A stretch of 64,000 nt of DNA. Origin: Moniliella sp. 'wahieum' (lineage: Eukaryota). Below, piece after piece: positions 1 to 10,511 of this stretch. Numbering within the stretch: position 1 is the first letter of the stretch; each line of letters opens with the position of its first letter. Under the pieces are notes generated by a model. That model did not search any database and was not told the origin of the DNA. It saw nothing but the letters and a program-made list of their open reading frames with translations. A program made the position numbers and the translations under genes. Where the stretch lies: positions 434,001 to 498,000 of the forward strand of contig RSEE01000002.1 in NCBI GenBank assembly GCA_003971905.1. The letters are read 5' to 3'.

Positions 1-552
1 CAGCGCAGCTCTAGGGGAGGACGAAGCCAAGGGACTGCCTCCACGCTCTCGTTCGAAGCACCCTACATTGATACCGAGGTCTGGGATGAAATTCGCAAGG
101 CGGTACAGGTCCAGCTGGACCAGGCTCAACAGGCTGTCGAACGGCATGCCGCGGAGGTTGAGGGACGCATTGTTACCCAAGAGGCGGACACGGTGGCGCG
201 TAAGCTGCTTGCGCAAGTCAGTCGGTACACCGACGAGATGGACCAGGAAGAGGAGGACGGAGAGGAGAAGGAGGACGAGGACGAGGACGAGGATGAGGAT
301 GAGGATGAGGACGAGGATGAAGAGGGTATGGTGGAGATTGATCTCGATACACTCCACTGAACAGGTGGCGTCGCTCATGTCGGTGTTTGGGGCTGAGGAG
401 GATTCTGAAGAGGGGTCTAGGAAGCTCAAGGGGCACAAGAAGACCAAGCATCCTGATGGTCTGCCGAGAAGAAGAAGAAGAAGCACAAGAAGCATAATCG
501 TGCCAAGAAAGTGCATAAGGAGGAACGGCCGAGTAAGCGGCGTCGTACCTGA
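1..552 (+). CDS. 3' end of a gene truncated by the window start; long Asp/Glu tract followed by a Lys/Arg-rich tail (possibly nuclear/nucleolar)
   Basis: The GAG/GAC/GAT run at ~247-323 reads EEEDGEEKEDEDEDEDEDEDEDEDEE. After frame changes the tail reads AEKKKKKHKKHNRAKKVHKEERPSKRRRT with TGA at 550-552. No domain recognised. Confidence 0.5.
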
Positions 553-1113
553 ACCGATATCCTCTCGTTGCGCTCCATATTAATCAACAATATTGCCTGA
601 TTCCCCTCTCCTTCTGGTGGGCAACGCAGCCCTGGCATATGTTAAAGGGTTTCAACGTGTAATAGGACACAGCTTACTAGCTAGTTAGCCGCACGAGTGA
701 CAAAAATCTCATCAGCCAGGTGCCTTGGGGGCCACTGCGCAGACAGTTTTGTTCCGGGCCTAACATCTCGGGGGAAAAGGAAAATAGCTGCACGCACGGC
801 GTTCTCCAATGCTTGGATATGGACTGTTTTCCCCACCACGCAATGGGAGCCCCGTCCTCCCCGGGTCGCCAGCAATGTTGATGATAATCGATCGGAGTCT
901 TACCCTTTAGTAGCTTCACTTGGTTTGGGTGCCCCAACCACACTGAAGAACGTTCGCGATCCGCGCCGCGGCTTTTCCGCCGGGGATGCGTTCGCTCAAC
1001 CACCCAGCCCGTCATTCCTCCGTTCCCCGCCTACCCCCATCTAGTTTATCTCGGCATCCTCGCAAGACGGAAAGGATGCATTGGACGATGTGGTGCACTT
1101 TGGTATGGCGACG

Positions 1114-1136
1114 GATGAGCCTCTTCGAGCTCATCG
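1114..1136. promoter_or_regulatory. PAC-like (GATGAG) motif pair upstream of a ribosome-biogenesis gene
   Basis: GATGAGC at 1114-1120 and inverted AGCTCATCG (=CGATGAGCT) at 1128-1136, ~160-180 bp upstream of the RSA4 ATG. Matches the yeast PAC consensus GCGATGAGMT. Confidence 0.3.
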
Positions 1137-1292
1137 ATCGAGCCGTGGCACAATAAAAATAGTAGCCAAGGCGTTATAATTGGCGCGGGGTGCGAGTAAG
1201 TAAGCCCTGTCTCTTTTGCCCAGGGCCGAGGAAATTTTGTGTTTTTTCATTCGACTGGGGGCCGCGGTTGTCTTAACCACCACCCTTGCGCC

Positions 1293-3041
1293 ATGTCGAC
1301 CAGATCCCGGTGCGCACAGCCAAGCGCCAGCGCCTCGCCGACAAGCAGGCTGCTGCAGCTGGCGAACAGCTCGAGGCCGATGGCCAACTCGGTCCGCGCA
1401 CCAGCTCGATTGTGGTGCAGTTGCAATCGGGCCAGGACGGGACGAGTTTGGGCCCGACGCTTTCCTTGCCGGCGCAGACGGGCCGCAAGCAGCTCGAGGC
1501 GATTGTCAATCGGCTCAGGAAGAGTTGCGCTTGAACGAGGACGATGATGAGGATGTTCCCTTTGCATTCCACGTTGCGCTGCCTGGGGACGCGGGCTTGC
1601 AGGACCGTCTGCCTATCACCACCTCGGTCTGGGCGGATGTGCTACAGGCTTCGGCCGCGCAAAAGCTAGGTCTGTCGACGGAAGATGTGTTGACGGTGGT
1701 ATTTGAGCCACAGGCTGTGTTCCGTGTGCGGCCCGTGACGCGCAACTCTTCCACCTTGTCGGGACACAGTGCGCCTATCCTCTGCTCCACCTTCTCCCCG
1801 ACCGGCACGCTGCTCGTCACGGGTTCCGGCGACCATACGGCACGTTCTGGGACCTGGAAAACGAGCAGCCAGTTCACGCGCTAGCAGGCCACCGTGGTTG
1901 GGTGTTGACGGCCGAATGGGAAGGACGGGAGCGTCGGCTCGCCACGGGCGACAAGACGGGGGATGTGTGGGTGTGGGATGCGCTCAATACCGAGGCGGGC
2001 CTGACGGGCAAGCGCGCCTGGTCTAACCCGCACAGGCGAGCAAGTGGTGGAGGAAGCACGGCAGAAACTTGAAGAGCAAGGGCAAACCCTTGAGGAAGGA
2101 AGAAGCTCTTGTCGGCTGCAGAGAAACGAGCGGCGCGGCGTGCCGCACCACAAGGACGCGTGCTCCGGGGTCACACTAAATGGGTTACCTCGTTAGCGTG
2201 GGAACCTATCCACCTCGAATCGCACAACCCACGTTTGGCTTCGGCCTCGAAGGATGGGACGGTACGGGTGTGGGATGCGCAACGTGGTGCGTGCCAGTAT
2301 GTGCTGGGCGTGCACCGTGGCTCGGTCAACTGTATTCGCTGGGGCGGAGAAGGGCTGCTGTAACACCTCGTCGGACCGTACGGTCAAAGTGTGGGCAGCC
2401 AAGAATGGCGTCTGGTACGTTCGCTCGACGCGCATGCGCACTGGGTCAACACCCTCGCCCTCTCCACCGACTGGATTCTCCGTACTGGACCGTACGACCA
2501 CACTGGCAAGGCCAATGCCGACCTGGCGGGTAAGAGCGAGGCCGAGATTGATGCGCTTCTGCAACAGGCGGCAAAAGATCGGTATGATCTTGCCGTAGCT
2601 AGCCAAGGGGAATCGCTGATCAGTGGCTCGGACGATCATACCCTCTTCCTGTGGCCCGCTCAGGCCAACGGGAGCAACCCCAAGAAACCCCTGGCGCGCT
2701 TGACGGGTCACGCCAAGGTGGTCAACCATGTTGCCTTCTCTCCCGACGGCCGCTCGCCAGCAGCCTCGTTCGATTCCAACATCAAGTCTGGGATGCCCGG
2801 AAGGCAAGTTTATTGCCAATCTTCGTGCTCACGTTGGCTCGTCTACCGTCTGGCCTGGTCGCCCGATTCGCTGCTGCGTATCGGCGTCAAAGACTCGACG
2901 CTCAAGTTGTGGGACATGCGCTCCTACAAGCTCAAGGTCGACCTCCCTGGCCACTCGGAACGAGGTGTACTGCGTTGATTGGGTGGCAAACAAGGTCGCT
3001 TCGGGGGCGCGGATCGGGTGCTGAAGATTTGGGCGCACTAA
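1293..3041 (+). CDS. RSA4: Ribosome assembly protein Rsa4/Notchless (NLE ubiquitin-like domain + WD40 repeats); frameshifted in this consensus
   Basis: ATG at 1293 (MST..). NLE domain [21 protein letters not shown]...QLEAIVN; signature [24 protein letters not shown] repeats [65 protein letters not shown]; ends LKIWAH-TAA at 3039-3041. Confidence 0.93.
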
Positions 3042-4479
3042 TCTATCATCCTCGGGTGCCCTGTGTTACTGCAGTGAGAGAGATACAAGAGATACAAAAC
3101 AAATGGCTGGATTGGATCATAGATCGGCCCATAGATCGAATTTGCTATCGGATTGGAACAAACGTTTTGTTGGGGCAGAGCGAGAGGCAACGTGAAGTGG
3201 GGGAAAAAACAACGAACAAAGAGCAAGGGGTCCTATAGGACTATAGTAGCAGTTGCCAAAACACCCCGGGAACACCACGGTGGGCCTCGCACGAGACGGT
3301 AGCCCCAATGCCTGTGGGCTATATAGTTGTTGGGGCCGCGTGGCGACGACGCTTTCCTTGCGACAACATACGAGGGAGCGAGAAAGGGCCGAGATTGGAC
3401 CAAGTGGGCCCGGAAGGCGCATCTCTTTGGGCGATACGTGGTCCTATATTTTCATTCCCATTCTGTCCCCTGTCAGTGCATCCAAAAGGCTTGTTCCATC
3501 ATTCACGTTACGGAAGGGGTATGGTTACGCCAGTGTACCTGTGGACGAGCCGGGCACTGAAGTTGTCGTGTACCACTTGGGGATTAGGAGGGGGTAAGGA
3601 GTCGCTACGAAATATGAATCGAGTGACGGACTGACGGATGGTGAAAGGAGACCGATCGAATAGAATCCGTATCTCGTTGAACCTGGGATCGTGGCCCAGT
3701 TTGGGACCCTCGCGCGGGCTTATACGGGCTTAGTTACATCGCTTTGGCAGCTTCAGGAGGGCACGAACCTGGCTCTGTCGTTAACCGAAGCCACCCTGAT
3801 AATGATGGTTGTCCAGCTGAAAAAGAGTATTTCTTTGTGCGTTTCTCTGCTCAGAGAGACTTCAAGGTTCAAGTCATAATGAGAGAAAAAAGCCAATCTG
3901 ATGGCACAAAGCAACTGTCCTGAAAGCCCGAATTGGTATATATCCTTTTCGACGTCGTCAGGAGGTGGAGAGACCACAGTTGTTAGTATTAGTGTGCCAG
4001 TTGTGAGTGGGACGGCAACGAACACAGATGCCACAGGAGCCGCGCTGTGACGCTACCCGATTATGCGTGCAAAAAGGAAATGGTCATTGGAAAATCTCGA
4101 CGAAACACTGCAGCACACAACCTGAAACGCCAGTGACAACGGGTGAGGGGGGGCGGGGCGCGGGTGGGCACAGAGAAGGACCCACACAGCTGAGAGAGAT
4201 GAGGCGAGATATATATAGTTCTTTTTCAGCGACGATCATCACAGAAGGAAGAAGAGCGGGGGATGAATATAGGCGAGGATGACTGGATTTGAAGTATGAA
4301 ATGGAACAGCAGCATCGCTATGACTCTCACCAAAGGTTGGAAGATGTTGCTAGGGAGATTGTCCTACTAAAGGCGATGGGTGACAAGTTTTGCTGTGATG
4401 CGGGTCAAAATCCAAAGGAAAATACAGTACTCCTTTGTCGCTATGGCATAGTTTGGACATGCATTCAATGCCCATAGAA

Positions 4480-4573
4480 GGCAATGTGCCGAGCGGTTAA
4501 GGGGATTGATTCGAATTTGCTTCGAACTATCAATTAGGCTTTGCCTGCACAGGTTCGAGTCCTGTCATTGTCG
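4480..4573 (+). tRNA. tRNA-Ser(CGA) with 13-nt canonical intron
   Basis: Acceptor stem GGCAATG/CATTGTC plus discriminator G; D-arm CCGAGCGGTTAAGG; anticodon stem ATTGA/TCAAT with loop TT-CGA-A; intron 4516-4528; long variable arm AGGC-TTT-GCCT; T-arm ACAGG-TTCGAGT-CCTGT; Pol III T-run at 4576-4581. Confidence 0.93.
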
Positions 4574-6372
4574 TCTTTTTTCCAACGTAGTGGCTTATGC
4601 TTTTTTGAGCAAAATGAACTTGCAGTGAACAGTGAGAATTGGGGGAGTGACATCACTGAGAAGTCCAGTATTGGTACTGGACAAGTTTGAAGCTTGAAGG
4701 TTGAAGCTTCTTGAGCTAGCTTCTAGGACACGATACATCTCCCAGGCACGTATGGAAGGAAGCACACGCCACAGGCACAGGCACACAGGCACGTAGGTAT
4801 GATGCATGATGCATGACGCATCGTGCCTGGGGCCTGGTGTGCCATCGATGCATGATGCCTGGCAGCCACCAATATAAACGGTCAGCTGTGGGATCGAGAT
4901 GAGCTGGAGTATATGTATCGCATGCCTCTCGTAGGATTCGCCGTCGTACGCGCTACATACGCATCTGTCTTGGGTGGTGCCAGTGGTGGTGAATATAATA
5001 TTGAATGGGGGCAGGCAACGTAGTCAACTTCAACGTCCACAGTCAACTAGCCAACGTTCAACGTTCAACTCGGTACTCAGATCGATCAGGCAGCCAAATG
5101 CACAATGCATAGCGCCACCATCGTTTTCCCAGCAGCTCGGACCGCTGGGGCCTGCTAGGGCCCACCCCCACCCTGACCCCGACCGAACTTACACCCCCCT
5201 CCCCTAAACGTACCTTACGCCATTGTCAGCGCATCCTGATGCGTCTCCGCGTCCGCGCGTCCCTACCCTTTTTTGTCCCAGGCCCACTCACAGCCATCCG
5301 CCATTGTATTTTTACTACCGCCATGCATGCATCAGCCCAGACGGTCCTAATATATCTGTGTGGAGGGGGGTGGTAAATGAGACTAAAAGGCTGTGGGAGG
5401 CGTGAAGCGTGAAGCTTGAAGCTTGAAGCTAGCTGGTCGGATCGTCACTCGCCAAAACATGCGTTATTTTGCCGCCGTCCAAGACACTGACTATATAGCC
5501 ATAACAGTTGACTTTATTGTGAAAGTGTGGAGTCGTCCTGCTATGATATGCTACACCTCCGCCAGCTCCACCAGGCTTCTTTGCTCAGGAGATCTGGGTG
5601 CTTTTTTGCTCTGAGATCTGAGGTTGGCTAGATTGATTATCGAGACAGTGAGCCGTGACGTGAGCGTGTCAGCATAGCCAAAATCATGCCAAGCTATAGT
5701 AGTACGAAGGTGGGTGACGTATATGGACGTAAGGCTGCTTTCGCGAGAGATACGGCGAGAGATGTGCAAACCAAGGCGACATATCAGCGAACGACGCGCA
5801 TCCACCGTCTTCAGCCTATGAGGGCGAGGGAGAGAAGGTGAGTAACATGCAACATGGAACATGAAACGTGTATGGCCACAGCGGGGTAACCCGTAACCGT
5901 CGGTAACACGGCTGTGGGAGGGCGAGTACGAAAGCGGGCAAAACGATTGTTTCACAGTAGTGTGCCGAAAGGCCGTCTGCGAGTACCACTTATACCACAG
6001 CTACTAATAAAAACATGTGACTAGGACGACCTGATGGATGGTTACTAGGTTACTAGGGTACTAGACTAAAACGTACCGAATGAAGTCGATGCTCATCAAT
6101 GGGCAAAGACGAGGGACCGAGGGACTACTGACGTGCAGGTGAGTGTGCGATGGGCTGGCTAATGCATCCGTGGTGGATGGGATCGGGCGGAGGGAACGGG
6201 GACGATTATCATTCGACCATCGATCATTGACCACATACCGCAATGCAGTTACTATGGTTGAGGTGGGAGCTGGTGGGAGTTTGTGGAGTCGCTGGGAGCT
6301 GCCAGCTTTGTAAGTACACTTTATAAGTAGTACTTACTGGAAGTCTGAATTTCTGCCGACATCGGGCGGGTT

Positions 6373-6414
6373 CGGGTAGCTCGGGTAGCTCGGGTAGCTC
6401 GGGTGGCTCGGGTG
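6373..6414. repeat. 9-bp tandem repeat (CGGGTAGCT)n
   Basis: cgggtagct x3, then degenerate cgggtggct and cgggtg. Confidence 0.75.
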
Positions 6415-7123
6415 GGTCGCCAAGTGTAGCATGTAGGCAGATACTGCATCAAGCTTCAAGCTTCAAGGCAGTAGGTATTACCAGTTGCCCACACCCATTC
6501 TTCTGGATTGTCAGCGCGGTTGAGAGGCTCTGAGGCATCCCTGATGTGCATGTGAGGCCGACCTGAGGACAGCACCCTGCTGCACCCTGCAGCACCCAGC
6601 CAGCTGAGTTGACGCTCAGGGCATGGCTTTTGCGCCGATGGTCGAAATGATGAACGAAACGTACGTTGAAACGTTGAACGTCCATGTTGAACTTCAAGGG
6701 TTGCGGCCTCAGAGGCCTGAGGCCCTGAGGATAAATTACGAGGAAGGAGGTGCCAGGTAGGTACCACCAGGTACTAGGTGACTGGGTATACTACGTACTC
6801 TTCCGGTCCTAGGTCTAGCTGGGGAGCTGTGGCCACCGTTGTGGCGGTGGCCCCCAGTCCCCAGCGCTCAGCCGCTCAGCTCAGGCTCAGTGGCTAGTGG
6901 CTAGTGGCGCCGCCTGCTGGAGCGGAGGTGGTGAGCCGCTCAGGCTGAGCGCGGATCTTCACACCGCCCTGGTGCCTGAGGCTCAGGACTGAGGTTCGGC
7001 GCTTGGGAATGCTCCACTGGGCCGCCTGAGGCTCAGGGCTCAGCCTGAGCAGAAGGCTAGCGCACCCGCAGCGCCTGCCCGGCCGAAGAGAAGAAGTGGG
7101 GCCATGTTGAGTCGCGACGGTGG

Positions 7124-7187
7124 AGCTTGAGCTTGAAGCTTGAAGCTAGCTTGAAGCTTGAAGCTTGAACTGAACGTTCTGACGTTG
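7124..7187. repeat. (AAGCTTG)n palindromic-heptamer array grading into AACGTT-type units
   Basis: agcttgagcttgaagcttgaagctagcttgaagcttgaagcttgaactgaacgttctgacgttg read directly. Confidence 0.85.
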
Positions 7188-7857
7188 TGATGTGGAGAAC
7201 GTTGGGCAAAAAGCTTCCCGCGTCGATGAAACGATCGAGTAACTAACTAGTAACGCGCATAATGCGTAACGCTGGAAAGTTGCCGTGTTGATGCGTTGAC
7301 GCTCTGCCAGCTCTCGACAAGCCAGGTTGGTGCTGGAGAAAAAGCAAAGACCCACGTCTAAGGAAGCTAGATGGCTGATGCATGATGCATGATGCGTGAC
7401 GGTGACGGTGACGACCTAGCAATGTCAATGTCAGGCCAGCTAGGCGCTCGCTTGGCGGGGCTCAATTCCCAGCATCCTCACCCAGTACCTTACTTAGCCT
7501 GGCCGTAGCAGCTGTGCCATCTGCCCGAGCAGACGGATGGTCGATGCGTGATCGATGACCATCGATCACACATCCGCTGCTTCCACCACCCGGACGTGGC
7601 CGACGCGGGTCCAACCACCAATGGCCAACCGCCACCTGTCGATCCTTGCCGGACTGGGGGCCTCTGTTTCGGAAAATGTCGCTCATCCACTTGCTGACGT
7701 CCAACTGCTCCTTCCTTGCACAGCAGCAACTCTGCCACGGCTGCCGCAGCAGGCCAGTCCACCCGTCCTAAGGTCTAAGGCCCAATCCCACTCCACCGAC
7801 TGCTCTTTCTGCCCTTTCTTTGTTACCCTCTTCCAACCCTTCCTCCTCCTCCCCCGC

Positions 7858-9068
7858 ATGGCGCTGACAGGCGCCCAGACGCAAGTTCACCAGCCCATGC
7901 TGCGTCCAGCCCGACTCGTCAAGCACAAGAAGAGCACCACTCTCCATTCCGCCCTGGACCCCGAAGATGCCGTCCCGCCCGTCCCGGTGCCCCCACCCAA
8001 AGCAGGTCTGTTTGGGCGCTTGATGGCTCGTGCCAAAAGCGTTTCCTCTCTCCATACCGCCTTCCACGCTCAATCTTCCCCTGCTGTGCCGTCCCTCCCT
8101 AGAAGAGGAACACGGATGGAGAACGCGCCTCTTCCTAGACAAGAGACGCTCTCTTCCTCCACCACCACCACCAGGAACCATGCTCGTCAGCTCAGCTCGG
8201 GACTTCCCATGCCCCCCCGAGCCAGCTCAGCACTGCGCCCAAGACCCGCCGGTCTCATCTCCCCTCGGCGTCCATCGCTACCTACAGCTCCAAATCGAGT
8301 CACCTGCTGGCAGACTTGCTGCGGCGCGACGCGGACCATACAGCTGCGGGTACAGGTGCGGATAAAGGTGCGGCTGCGGTGCCCCCGGTCCCCGATCGGA
8401 ACCAATCTTCGTTCTGGGACCGTCAGCAGGACCTTCCGCCTTCCCGAGCTCACCCAGTGACCCACTTTCCAAGCTCATCTTGCACCTCGCTCGTCGCGCA
8501 AGGCGAGGGGTCCTACCCAAGCAAGCAGATGCCTTGTCCGCCTTCCAGCGAGCAAGAAGTGTTGACTGCAGTAGACGGGGAGACGGAGGTGATGGCGTCC
8601 CTGTCGTTCGCCTCTCTCTGCCTCTCGACCGAGGGCGCAACGAGACAGGCTGTGGTACAGGATCTAGGCGCCGGATCGACCTACTCCCTCTCGCAGCTTG
8701 CCCACGGTCCACGTAAGGTACGCAGCGCAGTGCACCTCGCCGCCTCGCCACCCGTATCCAATCTTAACGCTCTCCGACGCGCATCTTACATGGACCTGAG
8801 TTTGAGTGGCGCACCCACTGGCCCCACTGTACCCGCTGGGCCCGCTAGGCCCGCTAGGCCAGGGGGAGAACCCGGAGGGGCACGCTCGGGTCACGCACCG
8901 GTCCAGCCGCCCGGATGGCGCAAACGCTCACGCAGCGCCAAGTCGGGCGCAGCACCTTGTGTCTCCCCCGTCCTCGTTACGCCGGACGAGTTTACGTTTG
9001 GGTCGGGCCTGGCACCGCGCACACGTGCCCGTCGTCGTCCCCCGTCCCGCTCCCGAGCCGCTGAGTAA
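7858..9068 (+). CDS. Hypothetical Pro/Ser/Arg-rich protein (one frameshift near 8310)
   Basis: ATG 7858 follows a pyrimidine-rich leader. MALTGAQTQ...LVKHKKSTTL...LMARAKSVSSL joins the 8316-9068 frame (RKVRSAVHL, LRRASYMDL, RKRSRSA). No known domain. Confidence 0.55.
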
Positions 9069-9426
9069 CATGCCCCCCCCCTCCCCCCCACCGCCCTCAT
9101 CGACCATTGGGCTTCCCTTGGACCGCTGAGAAATGAGAGAAGACTCTCGGGTCTCGATTGGAGATTCGATTGGAGATTTTCGCTTTTTGATTACGACTGA
9201 CACGTTGCAAGCTTCAAGCTTCATGCTTCATGCACATGCCTCCTGCACCCATGCATTCCCCTTGACGAGGGAGAGATGTCTCCCTCAACGATTGTACGGA
9301 CAATGCTATATCCATGCACCTGCCCCGAACAAGCGTGTCGTAGCATGATAGGTGTGGGCGTGTGTCTTGTCAAGCTTCAAGTGCTGGGGCTGGTGCGGCT
9401 TGCAGCTTGCACGCTTGTCAAAAGCG

Positions 9427-9461
9427 TCAAGCTTCAAGCTTCAAGCTTCAAGCTTCAAGCT
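9427..9461. repeat. (TCAAGCT)5 perfect heptamer array (AAGCTT + C)
   Basis: Five perfect consecutive units counted in the sequence. Confidence 0.9.
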
Positions 9462-10511
9462 CCAGTTGCGGCTTTCACGACGTGGCGTGCGTCGAGGGCA
9501 GCACATACTTGACGTTTCAAGCTTCCAAAAGCTTCAGCTTCACCGGCGCTACCCGCCAGGGTTCCATTTACAGTGAATGCAGGCAATACGTCCACGTCAA
9601 GAGCTTCAAGGCTTTCCACATCACGTTTGTCAACAGGTGATCTGTGATCTGGATCCTGCGTTCGCCCTTCAGCTTCCGACTTGAGATGCTTCAGACAGGC
9701 TGACGCCTTGGGCACATGCCCGACCCTTACTTACTACTCCACACGGGCTCCCAGATCCCAGATGCCACCCTGCTCGATCATTGATCGTCCGGCTGTCTGC
9801 CGCAGTGACTAGTGGGACCATTCGTCACTGTGATGTGACACGTGACGCGTCACCCGCTCGGAGCCAGCTGGGCCAGCGGCTCCCTCAGCCGCTGAGCTGC
9901 TGGAAAAACGAAGAAAATAAAAGCGCCGATGCAGCTAGCAGCCTCCAAGCTCCAAGCTTCAGGCAGGGCGGCAGGGCGGCAGTGACAGGTGGCTGCCCCT
10001 GCGCGGGGGGGGGGCAGTCCGCAGCAGTGCGCCAGTCTGGGCTGCTCGGCCCGCACAGGGGCGGTGTGGATGCGAGTGGCGATCAGGCGCGCAGGGCCAG
10101 TGCCGGCTGCGCGTGGGCCACGAACTGCCCCCTGCGCTGCGTTCCTCCAGCGCGTCAGCGCTTGTGCGCTTGTGCGCTTGTGCGCTTGTGCTCGTGCATC
10201 TGCATGCTGTCAGCTGTCACACATGTCAATGTCACCGTGGCTAGTGACACGTCACGCGTCACGCGTCGTGCGGCTGCCAGCACGCAGCCCAGGGCAGGCG
10301 GATAGAGCGTTGGTACGTTGTACGTTGGGCGGCAGCCGGCGGTGCGGCCGGCGGTGCGCGCTGGGCCACGCAGCACCGCAGCAGTGCATCCACGGGAGGC
10401 AGCACCCATTCGCACGCCCTTTGCGCATTCCTCCTCCGCCCCCCACGTGCTCCCCGCTGGCCGCCCTCCTCCCCTCCCTCCCCTCCATCTCCATCTCCAC
10501 CCCCACCCTGC

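Noticed and set aside
660..1050. Possible C/D snoRNA (TTGATGA ~878, CTGA ~943) or small minus-strand gene
   Set aside because: Imperfect box C, no recognisable rRNA guide or terminal stem, and the short ORFs match no family I recognise.
3250..4300. Possible minus-strand gene (ORF 3753-4034 and neighbouring frames)
   Set aside because: Protein-like fragments, but no motif or coherent gene model can be supported without a homology search.
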